This document shows positions 1-10,213 of a stretch of 64,000 nt of DNA, one piece after another. The first letter of the stretch is position 1; every line of letters begins with the position of its first letter. The DNA is from Gemmatimonadota bacterium (GTDB lineage Bacteria; Gemmatimonadota; Gemmatimonadetes; Palauibacterales; Palauibacteraceae), in assembly GCA_965116475.1 (NCBI GenBank), contig OZ220691.1, forward strand, positions 2,336,001-2,400,000. Reading direction: 5' to 3'. The notes under the pieces are model-generated. The model was not told where the DNA came from, made no database searches, and saw only the letters and a program-made list of their open reading frames with translations. Made by a program: the position numbers and the translations under genes.

Positions 1-1
1 G

Positions 2-925
2 ACGAAAGCGATCCGCTTCAGGCTCGCGGCCCCGACCGCCCGGCTCGTGGACTTCGGTCTGCGGCGGGCGCACGGTTCGGAAGCGGGGCTTCTCGCCGCC
101 CGGGCCGCCTACATCGCCGGCTTCGACGGCACCGCGACCGTACTCGCCGGAAAGCACTGGGGGATCCCGACCTTCGGCACCATGGCCCATTCGTTCATCC
201 AGGCGCACGACAGCGAGGCCGACGCGTTCATTCGCTTCGCCCGGGCGCATCCGGAAAACGCCGTACTGCTCATCGACACCTACGACACCGAGGCGGGGGC
301 GTCGAAGGTCGTCGAGATCGCCTCCCGCCTCCGCGCCGAAGGCATCGAAATCACGGCCGTTCGGCTGGATTCCGGCGATCTCGCGGCCCACGCCCGGCGC
401 GTGCGCCGGATTCTGGACGAAGGGGGCTTTCCCGAAGTCCGCATCTTCGCGAGCGGTTCGCTGGACGAGCACGACGTGGCCCGCCTGGCCCGCGCCCCGA
501 TCGACGGCTTCGGGATCGGGACCGCCCTCACTGTTGCCGCGGATGATCCGAAGCTCGACAGCGTCTACAAGCTCCAGGAGTACGCTGGCCGGCCGCGTCG
601 CAAGCGCTCGGAAGGGAAGGCGACGTGGCCCGGCCGCAAGCAGGTGTTTCGCACCCTCGACCGCGGCCGGCTCGCCCGCGACGTGCTGGGGCTCGAGGGC
701 GAGGCGCTGTCCGGCGAGGCGCTGCTCGCGCCCGTGGCGCGCGCGGGAACACGATTGCGGCCGGACCCTTCGCTGGAAGAGAGCCGCGCGCGCGCACGAG
801 CCTCGGTGGCAACGCTGCCGGCGGAACTCCGGGCGCTCGAGTCGGTGCCCACGCCGTTCCCGGTGGACCCATCACCCGGCGTGCGCGAACTGGCCCGGGA
901 GGTCGACCGCCGGGCCGCCGGTTAG
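2..925 (+). CDS. pncB: Nicotinate phosphoribosyltransferase, 5' end outside window
   Basis: Frame open from base 2 (TKAIRFRLAAPTARLVDFGLRRAHG); motifs DFGLRRAH, GTMAHSF, LIDTYDT, VRLDSGDL, DGFGIGT, VYKL, ATWPGRKQVFR. Confidence 0.93.
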   Translation, partial: TKAIRFRLAAPTARLVDFGLRRAHGSEAGLLAARAAYIAGFDGTATVLAGKHWGIPTFGTMAHSFIQAHDSEADAFIRFARAHPENAVLLIDTYDTEAGASKVVEIASRLRAEGIEITAVRLDSGDLAAHARRVRRILDEGGFPEVRIFASGSLDEHDVARLARAPIDGFGIGTALTVAADDPKLDSVYKLQEYAGRPRRKRSEGKATWPGRKQVFRTLDRGRLARDVLGLEGEALSGEALLAPVARAGTRLRPDPSLEESRARARASVATLPAELRALESVPTPFPVDPSPGVRELAREVDRRAAG

Positions 926-934
926 CCGGGTCGG

Positions 935-1696
935 TTAGCCGGAAGAGAACTCGAGCGTGAGCGAAGGCGTCTCGCCGGCGGTGACGGAGACGCGTTCGGA
1001 CACCGTTCCCAGCGTCGGGTGCCAGGCTTCGATCTCGTAGTCGCCCGGCGGGAGCGTGGGGAGCGAGAAGGTTCCGTCCTCGCCCGTGATGTCGAAGAAC
1101 TCGTGGTCGAGGACATGGATCGAGGCGGTCATCCAGCCGTGGATGTCGCAGCGCACCTGGATCCCGACCTCCGAGGTTCCAAACGAGCGCGTGCTCTGGA
1201 TCCCGCGAAGGGGCTGGCCGAGGTTGAATCCGGGGTTCGAGGCGGGCACGACCCGGACGTTGTGAAGGGTCGCATCGCTGTTGCGGATGACGAGCGGCTG
1301 GCCCACGCGCACGGCCACCGCGCGCGGCGTGTAGAGGCATCCCTCCTGGTCGAGCAAGGCCTCGGCCTCGGGCGCCGCGCTCGACGCGGGCGCGTTGACG
1401 ACACGCACGAGCACGTCCGCCAGGCCCCCGTCCGCACCGACGCGCACCTGACGGTCCAGCAGGGTCTCGTCGTGCTGGTCCCGGCAGTAGGCGTCGGCGG
1501 ACATGTCGATCTCCGTTCCGGCCGGCGCGTCCCCGGCGAAGCGCACCTGTCCCCCGGCCACGACGATGCGGCCCGTGACCGCTCCCGGTTCGGCCGCGTC
1601 CGCCGCCGTGCGCCCCTCGAACGTCCAGCCCGCCCCGACCGCCACGATCGCGAGCGCGCACGCCGGAATCGGGCCCGGTCCCCGTCTACCAGCCAT
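935..1696 (-). CDS. Secreted cupredoxin-like protein with carboxypeptidase-regulatory-like Ig domains
   Basis: Signal-peptide-like N-terminus; LLDQEGCLYTPR, NSDATLHNV, VRCDIHGWM (His...Cys-x2-His-x2-Met), TGEDGTFSLPTLPPGDYEIEAWH; ATG at 1696 overlaps the upstream stop. Confidence 0.75.
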   Translation of the reverse strand: MAGRRGPGPIPACALAIVAVGAGWTFEGRTAADAAEPGAVTGRIVVAGGQVRFAGDAPAGTEIDMSADAYCRDQHDETLLDRQVRVGADGGLADVLVRVVNAPASSAAPEAEALLDQEGCLYTPRAVAVRVGQPLVIRNSDATLHNVRVVPASNPGFNLGQPLRGIQSTRSFGTSEVGIQVRCDIHGWMTASIHVLDHEFFDITGEDGTFSLPTLPPGDYEIEAWHPTLGTVSERVSVTAGETPSLTLEFSSG

Positions 1697-2894
1697 CGAA
1701 CAACCCTCCATCGAACCAGTCCCACAGGAAGTAGACGAGGAACTGCGTGCTCCTCACATCGGCATCGGTCAACGGCACCCGCACTCCGACGTTGAGCATC
1801 ACGTGTTGCCGCGTGTTCAGCGTCACCTGCATCTGCGGCACCAGGTCCCACTGCGGCCGCGCACCTTCGGCCAGATGCGTGCTCGCCAGCACTTCGACCA
1901 TGGGGGACCACGAACGGCCGAACTCCCCGCTCGTGAACGTGCGCCCGACCACGGCATGAAAGAACGCTTCCCGTACGTCTTCGTCGTGCTCGGCCGTACC
2001 GGCGAAGTCTCGATGTCCGCGCGCCAGGAGTCCCCCGCCGGTCTGCAGATGGACGAATGCGTCGCCCGGAAGGATCTGTCCCAGCGCGAGAAACGGTTCG
2101 ATCTGGAACTCTCCGCTTCCGAGGCCGCGTTCCGAGTCGCCGGTAGGGAGCTTGAGTTCGGTGCCGAAGCTGAAGATCGTCTGCAGGTCGTGGAGCAGGG
2201 CGCGCTTGTAGCCGATCTCGATGTCGCCGAGTCCGATCCCCCAGTCCGACGCCGGCCCCGCGTCGCTCGCGGCCGGTGTCGCCGAACTCTCGGCGAAGCC
2301 GAACGGGAGCGCGATTTCGAACTGGTTCCGGGAGCCGAAGCGCTTCTCGTACAGGAGTTCGTTGACGACCGCCCCGGGTCCCTCCGCGGCCACGCTCGTC
2401 GTCCACACCCACTCGTCTTCCGGATACGCCTTCTCGGTGAAGAGCGGCCGAGGGAGGTTGAGTTCACCACGCGGCCAGGTGCGGTCCGTGCAGAAGGTCC
2501 GGATGTGGTCCATGACGGCCTGCAACTGGTCGTCGTCGAACGCCTCGCCGAACGCCGGCATCACGTCGCTGAAGCCGCGGACCGGTCCCCCGGCCTTGGA
2601 GACGATGATCCAGTCGGCGTCCGGCTCGCGGGAAGCGAAGCTGCAATCGGTCAGGTCGGGCAGCGGGTCGTCGAACGCGATCCGGTCGGCCGCCGCGCCC
2701 CGCCCGTCCGCCCCGTGGCAACTCGCGCACCCCGCCTCGTACAGCGCCATGCCGTCCGGCGCCCCCTGCGCGGCCTGCGTGCCGCCGAGCGCCCGGGGGG
2801 TTGAGAGCGAAGCCGGCACCGAAGCCAGCGCGATCAAACCTGCGGTGGCGAGGCGGGCTCCGAGGTGGGACAGCCTGTTGTCGGGTGCGGTCAA
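1686..2894 (-). CDS. Monoheme cytochrome c fused to a putative outer-membrane beta-barrel (transporter-like) domain
   Basis: Signal peptide; LYEAGCASCHGADGRG (CxxCH) and distal-ligand-like MPAF; C-terminal amphipathic strands (GLGDIEIGYKRAL, GTELKLPTGD, LNVGVRVPL, LVYFLWDWF). Confidence 0.75.
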   Translation of the reverse strand: MTAPDNRLSHLGARLATAGLIALASVPASLSTPRALGGTQAAQGAPDGMALYEAGCASCHGADGRGAAADRIAFDDPLPDLTDCSFASREPDADWIIVSKAGGPVRGFSDVMPAFGEAFDDDQLQAVMDHIRTFCTDRTWPRGELNLPRPLFTEKAYPEDEWVWTTSVAAEGPGAVVNELLYEKRFGSRNQFEIALPFGFAESSATPAASDAGPASDWGIGLGDIEIGYKRALLHDLQTIFSFGTELKLPTGDSERGLGSGEFQIEPFLALGQILPGDAFVHLQTGGGLLARGHRDFAGTAEHDEDVREAFFHAVVGRTFTSGEFGRSWSPMVEVLASTHLAEGARPQWDLVPQMQVTLNTRQHVMLNVGVRVPLTDADVRSTQFLVYFLWDWFDGGLFDGW

Positions 2895-3030
2895 GTCCGT
2901 GCTTCCTCGCGGTCAGGGGGCCCAGGGGGCCCCAGAGGGTCCAGGGGGTCCCATCGGGCGGACGATGTCGTAATCTGCGAACGTGTCCGACGCGTCGGGA
3001 TCGTGTCCGCCGCGCCGGACGCGCAGTGTC

Positions 3031-3049
3031 AATATCAATAATCGTTATC
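3031..3049. promoter_or_regulatory. Fur-box-like operator in divergent promoter region
   Basis: Minus strand GATAACGATTATTGATATT matches 13/19 of GATAATGATAATCATTATC; conspicuous AT-rich island in very GC-rich DNA. Confidence 0.5.
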
Positions 3050-3099
3050 GGGGTCAAGGTCGTCGCGGGGTCACGGACGGCCGTGCCCGAGGAGGTCGC

Positions 3100-4455
3100 A
3101 TGAAGTCCGCCATGTTGTCCCGGGGGTTCGCCCTCGCCGCGTGCATCGCGGCTCCCTTCGCCGCCGCCCCCTTCGCCGCCGCCGAGCAGGCGCCCCAGGC
3201 CGGCGCCACCGCCTTCGTCGACGTGAACGTGATTCCGATGGATTCCGAGCGGGTCCTCGCCGGACACACCGTCGTCGTGCGCGGCGACCGGATCGTCGCC
3301 GTCGGGCCGGTTGCCGACGTGGACGTGCCGGATGGCGCCCGCCGCATCGACGGCGCCGGGCGGTACCTGATGCCGGGGCTGTCGGAGATGCACGGGCACA
3401 CGCCGGGCGGTTTCCCGACCGACACGTTCCGCGAGCAGGTGATGTTCCTCTACGCCGCGAACGGCGTGACCACCGTGCGCGGGATGCTCGGATTGCCCGG
3501 CGACCTCGAGTTGAAGGCGAAGACGAACACGGGAGAGATCTGGGGACCGACGCTCTACCTCGCGGGTCCGAGCTTCAACGGCAACTCCGTGACGTCGCCC
3601 TCGCAGGCGGCGGATCGCGTGTGGGTGCAGAAGGAGGAAGGGTGGGATCACCTGAAGATCCATCCCGGACTCACCGTGCCGGAATACGACGCGCTCGCCG
3701 CGGCCGCCGCGCAGGCCGGCATCCGCTTCGGAGGCCACGTCCCGGCCGATGTCGGGATCCGGCATGCCATCCTCATGGGACAGGAAACCTTCGACCACCT
3801 CGACGGCTACATGGAGGAGGCGGGAGGCATCCGCGGCCCCATGGACGCGGCCGGAATGGAGGAACTGTTCGCGCTGACGATCGGCGCCCGGGCATGGGTC
3901 GTGCCCACGATGGTCCTGTGGGAAGTGGGCGTCATCGGCCTCGGCGACCCTGAGGCGCTCGCGGCCTATCCGGAGATGCGCTACTGGCCCCCGCAGGGCG
4001 TCCAGGGCTGGAAGGACCGGCTCGAGGCGATCCAGGCGCGCGACGCGTGGGACGTGGAGCAGGCGCGGCTGCACGCGGGCAACCGGACGCGTCTCCTCGG
4101 CATGATGAACGAGGCCGGCGTCGGCATCCTCATGGGCACCGATTCGCCACAGATGTTCAGCGTCCCCGGCTTCTCGCTCCACCGCGAACTCGCGGCGATG
4201 GCCGAAGCGGGGATGTCGCCCTACGATATCCTCGTCAGCGGCACTCGGAACGTGGGGGAGTACTTCCAGGCCTACGACACCTTCGGGACGGTGGCCGCGG
4301 GCCGGCGCGCCGATCTCATCCTCACCAACTCCAACCCGCTCGACGACGTGGCGAACGTCGCGGACCGCGCCGGCGTCATGGTGCGCGGCGTATGGAAGTC
4401 CGAGGAGGAGATCCAGCAGGGCCTGACCGAAATCGCCACCAGCTTTGGCAACTGA
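3100..4455 (+). CDS. Secreted amidohydrolase family protein
   Basis: GGAGG before ATG 3100; signal peptide; YLMPGLSEMHGH, GVTTVRGM, GHV, FDHLDG, MGTDSPQ, GTVAAGRRADLIL. Confidence 0.88.
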   Translation: MKSAMLSRGFALAACIAAPFAAAPFAAAEQAPQAGATAFVDVNVIPMDSERVLAGHTVVVRGDRIVAVGPVADVDVPDGARRIDGAGRYLMPGLSEMHGHTPGGFPTDTFREQVMFLYAANGVTTVRGMLGLPGDLELKAKTNTGEIWGPTLYLAGPSFNGNSVTSPSQAADRVWVQKEEGWDHLKIHPGLTVPEYDALAAAAAQAGIRFGGHVPADVGIRHAILMGQETFDHLDGYMEEAGGIRGPMDAAGMEELFALTIGARAWVVPTMVLWEVGVIGLGDPEALAAYPEMRYWPPQGVQGWKDRLEAIQARDAWDVEQARLHAGNRTRLLGMMNEAGVGILMGTDSPQMFSVPGFSLHRELAAMAEAGMSPYDILVSGTRNVGEYFQAYDTFGTVAAGRRADLILTNSNPLDDVANVADRAGVMVRGVWKSEEEIQQGLTEIATSFGN

Positions 4456-4470
4456 CGGGCCTGACGGATC

Positions 4471-4908
4471 TCAGGCGTCGGCCTGGACGAGACAGTCCGG
4501 ACAGTGGCCGAGGAGGTGCACCATCGCGTTGCGGATGGACTCGGCCCACGGCCCATTGATCGACAACGCCGCGGTGAGCTCCTCCTTCAGACAGGCCACC
4601 CGGCCGCAGTCCTCGCACAGGAAGTGCGGGTGGCGATGGCGCTCTTCGTGTTCTCCCGCGAGCGCGTATCGATCGATGCCGTCGGCCCGGCTCACGACGG
4701 GGGCGAGGCCGGCCTCCCGCAGCTTGACCAGGTTGCGGTAGATCGTCGCCTGGTCCCAGTCCGAGTCGCCCAGCAGGTCGAGCACCTGCGTGAAGGACAC
4801 CGGACCGTCCGCGTCGGCCAGGATGCCGAACACCGCAAGGCGCGGCGCGGTCACACGCAGACCGCGCTCGCGCAGCCTCCGACGGGCCTCGTTCTTCGTG
4901 ATTCGCAT
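4471..4908 (-). CDS. Fur-family transcriptional regulator, probably Zur-like
   Basis: LRERGLRVTAPRLAV, DQATIYRNLVKL, HRHPHFLCEDCG, GHCPDC; divergent from a COG0523 gene. Confidence 0.88.
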   Translation of the reverse strand: MRITKNEARRRLRERGLRVTAPRLAVFGILADADGPVSFTQVLDLLGDSDWDQATIYRNLVKLREAGLAPVVSRADGIDRYALAGEHEERHRHPHFLCEDCGRVACLKEELTAALSINGPWAESIRNAMVHLLGHCPDCLVQADA

Positions 4909-4949
4909 GGGCCTTCCCCCGCGGCGGAACTGACGTTCGAAGACGCTAG

Positions 4950-5011
4950 GGACAAGCACTTGCACATGCAAGTCACTTGTGTATCTTCCTGCCATTCGCA
5001 AGCCGCTTGCA
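4950..5011. promoter_or_regulatory. Array of TGCAAG-N3-CTTGCA-like inverted repeats, putative operator of the adjacent Fur-family regulator
   Basis: TGCAAGTCACTTGTG (4967-4981), CGCAAGCCGCTTGCA (4997-5011), ACAAGCACTTGCA (4952-4964); perfect ACTTGCA-CA-TGCAAGT at 4958-4973. Confidence 0.55.
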
Positions 5012-5051
5012 GAAGCCCCCCGCAGTGAGAAGTGCCCGAAAAGGAAGTTCG

Positions 5052-6296
5052 ATGAGCAGCGATCCAACCACCGTTACCCGTGACGAGCGTCTCCCCGTCA
5101 CGGTGTTGTCCGGCTTCCTCGGAGCCGGGAAGACCACCCTCCTCAACGAGGTTCTGAACAATCGGGCGGGACGCCGGGTCGCGGTCATCGTGAACGACAT
5201 GAGCGAAGTCAACATCGATGCGGCCCTCGTGGAGCGCGGGGGCGCCCAGCTCTCGCGGACCGAAGAGACGCTCGTCGAGATGACGAACGGCTGCATCTGC
5301 TGCACGCTGCGGGAGGACCTGCTCGCCGAAGTCTCCCGGTTGGCCCGGGAGGGGCGTTTCCACTACCTGCTGATCGAGTCCACGGGGATTTCGGAGCCCA
5401 TCCCGGTCGCCCAGACCTTCACCTTCGAGGACGAGCACGGTTTGAGCCTCGGTGACGTCTCGCGCCTCGACACGATGGTCACCGTCGTGGACGCTGCGAG
5501 CTTCCTGAAGGACTACCACGCCGCCGAAGCCCTGCAGGACCGCGGTGAGTCTTTGGGCGAAGAGGACGAGCGGACGGTCACCGACCTGCTGATCGACCAG
5601 GTCGAGTTCGCCGACGTCATCGTGCTCAACAAGCTCGATCTCGTCACCGGCGACCATGCGCGTGACGTCGAGGCTATCCTGCGCGCGCTCAACCCCGGCG
5701 CGGAGATCCACCGGGCGATACATGGGCAGGTGCCCATCGAGCGCGTGCTCGACACGGGCTTGTTCGACTACGACAAGGCGGAAAGCTCGGCTGGTTGGAT
5801 CCGCGAGCTCGAGGGAGACCATACGCCCGAGACGGAGGAGTACGGGATCTCGACCTTCACCTACCGGACTTCGGCCCCGTTCGACGCGGAGAAGCTGTGG
5901 GCGTTCCTGAACGACGACGAGAACTGGCGCGGGGTGCTCCGGTCGAAGGGCTTCTTCTGGGTCGCCGCCGATCACAAGGTCGTATACGAGTGGGCGCAGG
6001 CCGGGGGTGTGAGTTCCGTCGACCCCATGGGCATGTGGTGGGCCGCGACGCCGAGGGAGTACTGGGACCACGCGGACGGCGAGCGACCGGACCAGCAGTC
6101 GAGTTGGCACCCGCGGTACGGGGATCGTCACCAGGCACTCGTCTTCATCGGTCAGGAGATGGATGAGGCCGCAGTCCGCGCGCGACTCGACGCATGCCTG
6201 CTCGATGAAGCGCTTGCCACCGCCGACAGCGGTGCCTGGGAGGGACGTCCCAACCCCTTCCCCGAGCTTCAGATGGTTGAGGAGGTGGCCGGATGA
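5052..6296 (+). CDS. COG0523/CobW-family (ZigA/YciC-like) GTP-dependent metallochaperone
   Basis: [47 protein letters not shown], CobW_C ([19 protein letters not shown]). Confidence 0.93.
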   Translation: MSSDPTTVTRDERLPVTVLSGFLGAGKTTLLNEVLNNRAGRRVAVIVNDMSEVNIDAALVERGGAQLSRTEETLVEMTNGCICCTLREDLLAEVSRLAREGRFHYLLIESTGISEPIPVAQTFTFEDEHGLSLGDVSRLDTMVTVVDAASFLKDYHAAEALQDRGESLGEEDERTVTDLLIDQVEFADVIVLNKLDLVTGDHARDVEAILRALNPGAEIHRAIHGQVPIERVLDTGLFDYDKAESSAGWIRELEGDHTPETEEYGISTFTYRTSAPFDAEKLWAFLNDDENWRGVLRSKGFFWVAADHKVVYEWAQAGGVSSVDPMGMWWAATPREYWDHADGERPDQQSSWHPRYGDRHQALVFIGQEMDEAAVRARLDACLLDEALATADSGAWEGRPNPFPELQMVEEVAG

Positions 6297-7420
6297 ATGC
6301 TCCGGCTTCGGACGACCTGCTCGATGTGGTCATCGTCGGCGCGGGGGCTGCCGGCGTGGGCGTCTCGGTCGCGCTCGCGCACGCGGGGATCGAGAACTTC
6401 GTCGCGCTCGAACGCCACTCGGTGGGCGCCTCGTTCGCCCAGTGGCCGGCCGAGACTCGCTTCATCACGCCTTCGTTCCCGACGAACTCGGCCGGCATGC
6501 TCGACCTGAATTCCGTCGTGATCGGGACCTCGGCCGGCTGGTCGCTGGAGGTCGAGCACCCCACCGGGAGGCAGTATGCGGCCTTCCTCAAGGCGGTCGC
6601 CGACCACTTCGAGGTGCCGGTCCAGGAGGGCGTCGACGTGCTTCGGATCGACCGGCGCGGCGAAGAGTTCGTGGTCGAAACGACAGCGGGGCCTGTGCGC
6701 GCCCGGCACGTGATCTGGGCTGCGGGCGACTTCCAGTACCCGCGCTTGAACAGCTTCGAGGGCAGCGAGCTGTGCCTGCACACGGCGATGCTCCCCAGCT
6801 ATGCCGCGCTGGATGGGGACGACTTCATCGTCGTCGGCGGCTACGAGAGCGGCGTCGACGTCGCCAGCCACCTGGCCGAGCGGGGCAAGCGGGTGCGCCT
6901 CTTCGACGAGGGGAGTCCCTGGGCGTCCGAGAGCTCCGATCCCAGCGTCGCGCTCTCCATATTCTCGCTCGAGCGGACACGACGCCCTTCGTACGCGGAG
7001 CACGTCGAGCTCTTTCCCGACACGGCAATCACCGCCGTGGCGACCGCCGATGCCGGATTCGAGGTCACCACGGCGGACGGGCAGCGCTTTCGCACGCCCG
7101 TGCCGCCCCTCCTCGCGGGTGGGTTTGCGGGAAGCCATGGGCTCGTGATGGACCTCTTCGAGTCACGGGAAGACGGCTTCCCGCTCCTCAACGAGCACGA
7201 CGAATCGACGATCGTCCCCGGGATCTACCTGTGCGGCGCGGCCGTGCGGCACGAAAGCCACATCTTCTGCTTCATCTACAAGTACCGGCAGCGGTTCGCC
7301 GTCGTCGCCAAGGCGATCGCGACCTCGCTGGGCCTGCCCGCCGAGGGGCTCGAACTGTACAGGATGTGGGGCATGTACCTCGACGATCTCTCCTGCTGCG
7401 GACAGGAGTGCGTATGCTGA
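6293..7420 (+). CDS. NAD(P)/FAD-dependent oxidoreductase (CzcO/TrxB-like) with Cys-rich C-terminus
   Basis: [17 protein letters not shown]-terminal [16 protein letters not shown] overlap with the COG0523 gene. Confidence 0.85.
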   Translation: MNAPASDDLLDVVIVGAGAAGVGVSVALAHAGIENFVALERHSVGASFAQWPAETRFITPSFPTNSAGMLDLNSVVIGTSAGWSLEVEHPTGRQYAAFLKAVADHFEVPVQEGVDVLRIDRRGEEFVVETTAGPVRARHVIWAAGDFQYPRLNSFEGSELCLHTAMLPSYAALDGDDFIVVGGYESGVDVASHLAERGKRVRLFDEGSPWASESSDPSVALSIFSLERTRRPSYAEHVELFPDTAITAVATADAGFEVTTADGQRFRTPVPPLLAGGFAGSHGLVMDLFESREDGFPLLNEHDESTIVPGIYLCGAAVRHESHIFCFIYKYRQRFAVVAKAIATSLGLPAEGLELYRMWGMYLDDLSCCGQECVC

Positions 7421-7689
7421 CCGACCGTGCCGAAGCCCCGGCGCCCGTGACTCCGAAGCTGATGCCGAAGCTGACTCAGAAGCCGACTCAGAAGCGCACG
7501 CGACTGCCGCGGGTGCTGCGTCGAGCGATGCGTATCGAGTGGGCCGGCCAAACGGCCGCCAGCCTGTGCTGGATCGCCAGCGTGTTCGCGTACGGGATCA
7601 GCTCACGCGGAGATTGGCTGCAGCTCTGCGCCGCCTCCGCCTGGCTACTCGCCAACACCGCCACGATCACGATGGCCAGGGGCGACTGA
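7414..7689 (+). CDS. Small membrane protein (two predicted TM segments)
   Basis: ATG overlapping previous gene end; hydrophobic segments AASLCWIASVFAYG and WLQLCAASAWLLAN. Confidence 0.55.
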   Translation: MLTDRAEAPAPVTPKLMPKLTQKPTQKRTRLPRVLRRAMRIEWAGQTAASLCWIASVFAYGISSRGDWLQLCAASAWLLANTATITMARGD

Positions 7690-7752
7690 AACGCTCGCAA
7701 CGGTCTGGTTTCGTTCGTCCGGAACCCCTACTTCTCCTGGCGGAGGTGCGCG

Positions 7753-8184
7753 ATGGACGGAAACAGACAGACGCCGGGGCGGGTGGAACGGCACGAGGGG
7801 ATCATCACGGTGCGGGGCGGCGGCAGGCACCGCGCCTGGAACGGGATCGAATACAAGACGGGGATGTGGGCGGAGAACGTCGGCTCGGGCGGGCTCTCCA
7901 TGAACGTGGCGATGATCCCGCCCGGCGGCGTCGCGAAGGCGCACATCCATGTGGACTTCGAGGTGATGCTCTACATCCTCGAGGGACGCGTCCGGCACGA
8001 GTTCGGGCCGCGGCTCGAGAAGACGCTCGATAACGAGGCGGGCGACTTCATCTTCATCGAACCCGGCGTCCCCCACGAGGTGTTCAACCTCAGCGACACC
8101 GAGCCGGTCGTCGCCGTCGTCGCCCGCTCCGACGCGCAGGAGTGGGAAAACATCGTCGACTTCGAACGCCCGGCCCCGGAGTAG
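7753..8184 (+). CDS. Cupin-domain protein
   Basis: GGAGG RBS; IPPGGVAKAHIHVDFE...YILEG and AGDFIFIEPGVPHEVFN cupin motifs. Confidence 0.88.
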   Translation: MDGNRQTPGRVERHEGIITVRGGGRHRAWNGIEYKTGMWAENVGSGGLSMNVAMIPPGGVAKAHIHVDFEVMLYILEGRVRHEFGPRLEKTLDNEAGDFIFIEPGVPHEVFNLSDTEPVVAVVARSDAQEWENIVDFERPAPE

Positions 8185-8244
8185 GCCCAGCGGCGGAAGA
8201 ACCGGGTCTCCAGGCGTCGGCACGCGTCTCAACTGCGAGACCGG

Positions 8245-10137
8245 TCAGAAGCCGAGCGACGCCGTCTCCCGTCTCACGTCCCCCGCCGCCGTCAGCACCC
8301 CCGTTTGCGGGTCGCGCCAGGTCACCGTGGGTGCTCCCGCACGCCAGTTCCACAGGCCCCACGAGCGCACGTCGTGGCCCATGGCGCTGAGCGCCTCGGC
8401 CGTCTCCGCCGGGATCCGGTCCTCCATGTAGAGGACGGCGGGATTGCGGTTCACCTCGCTCCCGGTGGCCGGGAAGTTGTAGCTGCCGAACCGGGGCTGG
8501 TCCAGGGCCTGCTCGGGGGACATCCCCCACACGACCACGTTCAGAAAGATCTGAAGGAGGCACTGCATCTGCTGGTCCCCGCCGGGGGTGGAGAGCCCCA
8601 TGAACGGCTGGCCATCTTTCATGACCAGGAGTGGCGAATTGGTGTTGCGGGGGCGCTTGCCGGGCGCCATCACGTTGGCCAGGTCAGGGTCCAGGTTGAA
8701 CTGACCCATGCGGTTGCCCAGCCCGAATCCCCAGCCCGGGATCATGGGCGTGAAGGTGTGGCCGTCGCTCTCGGTGAGGGAAAACAGGTTGCCCTCCCCG
8801 TCCATCACGTTCAGGGAGGACGTGTCGTCGGACAGAGATCCATCGCCGGCGGGCCCACCTCCCGACGCCACGAAGCTCATGGGCGCGCCGTCCGCCACCG
8901 CCGCCATCCGCTCCGGATCTCCCCACGGAGGCATGTCCTGAGACGCGCGCGTCTCGTCGATGAGCCCGATGCGCTCGCGCGCGTACGCCTTCCCGTACAA
9001 TCCCTTCGGCGCGGGGGCGAAGTCCGGATCACCCACGTACCTGTGGGCGTCCGCCATCGCCAGATTGATCACCTGCGAGATGAGGTGGATGTACTCGGGC
9101 GTGTTGTAGCCGAGAGCGCGCAGATCGTAGTTCTCCAGCATGTTGAGCATCAGGATGAGACGCGGTCCCTGGCTCCACCCGTCGCCGGTGAAGACGTCGT
9201 AGCCGTGGAAGCCGGTTCCCAGAGGCTCCTCCCAGCGACTCTCGTATCCCGCCATGTCCTCGTAACGGACGATGCCGTCCTGATCGCGGAAGAAACGGTC
9301 CACGTCGCGCGCCGGCTCGCCCCGGTAGAAGGCGTCGCGAGCGGCGCGGATCCCTTCGGAACGGCTCCCTCCCGCCGTCAGTGCCTGCCTCTCGGCCTCC
9401 ATCATGTAGCGGATGAGGCGCCCCAAGTCGGCGTTCACCATGAGATCGCCCAGGCGCTGCTCACCGACCCCGCGGGGGAACCAGAAGTCGCGATTGTAGG
9501 GGAAGGCGAGGATCCCCTCCGTCTGATCCTCGATCATCCAGGCCTGCATCTTGTAGAGGTGATAGCCCTCCTCGGCGATGCGGAGCGTCGGCTGGGCGGC
9601 CTCGCTGAAGCTGAGGGTGCCGAAACGGTCGAGAGCGGCGAGCCACACATCCACGTCCGCCGGAATCAGCGCGTTGTTGATGGGCGACTTGCCGTGCTCG
9701 AGGAAGTAGTCGAGGGTGGCCAGCGCGGGTGAGGTGCCCGCGCCGACTCGGGTGATCACGCGGTCCTCGGCGGCGCTGTAGAGGATCAGCGGCGCCACTC
9801 CGGCCCATCCCGCGTAGTCCATCTTGAGCGCCTTGAGCGCCATCCCCGCGGTCACCCCGGCGTCGAAGGCGTTGCCGCCGGCCCTGAGCACGTCGTACCC
9901 GGCCTGCGTGGCCAGGTAGTGCCCGGAGGAGATCACCCCGCGCGTGCCCATGATGCGCGGCCGCATGGCCTCGACGTTGTCGGCGTTGTGGACGGGACCG
10001 TGACTCCGGAACGGGGCGATAGTGGCGAAGACGCCGTCCTCCGCGGAGGCGGATGCCTCCGGCGCGTCCATCCGCGAGTCGCACGACGCGACGAGCGCCA
10101 GAGCCGCCACGGCGACTGCGCATGACAGGGACTTCAT
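8245..10137 (-). CDS. Gamma-glutamyltransferase family lipoprotein
   Basis: Lipobox LVASC; GGNAFDAGV, N-terminal-nucleophile Thr in DDTSSLNVMD, PGKRPRNTNSP, STPGGDQQMQ, DQPRF. Confidence 0.9.
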   Translation of the reverse strand: MKSLSCAVAVAALALVASCDSRMDAPEASASAEDGVFATIAPFRSHGPVHNADNVEAMRPRIMGTRGVISSGHYLATQAGYDVLRAGGNAFDAGVTAGMALKALKMDYAGWAGVAPLILYSAAEDRVITRVGAGTSPALATLDYFLEHGKSPINNALIPADVDVWLAALDRFGTLSFSEAAQPTLRIAEEGYHLYKMQAWMIEDQTEGILAFPYNRDFWFPRGVGEQRLGDLMVNADLGRLIRYMMEAERQALTAGGSRSEGIRAARDAFYRGEPARDVDRFFRDQDGIVRYEDMAGYESRWEEPLGTGFHGYDVFTGDGWSQGPRLILMLNMLENYDLRALGYNTPEYIHLISQVINLAMADAHRYVGDPDFAPAPKGLYGKAYARERIGLIDETRASQDMPPWGDPERMAAVADGAPMSFVASGGGPAGDGSLSDDTSSLNVMDGEGNLFSLTESDGHTFTPMIPGWGFGLGNRMGQFNLDPDLANVMAPGKRPRNTNSPLLVMKDGQPFMGLSTPGGDQQMQCLLQIFLNVVVWGMSPEQALDQPRFGSYNFPATGSEVNRNPAVLYMEDRIPAETAEALSAMGHDVRSWGLWNWRAGAPTVTWRDPQTGVLTAAGDVRRETASLGF

Positions 10138-10213
10138 CGCGCCATCCTCCCGTTTCCGGTTCGAGGCGGAGACCCGACCGACGATTCCCCTGAACGCAGA
10201 TTCTGACAAGGGA

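Noticed and set aside
2912..2953. CCAGGGGG-type 10-bp repeats upstream of the cytochrome gene as a regulatory or G-quadruplex element
   Set aside because: Degenerate and consistent with the general short-duplication pattern; no independent support.
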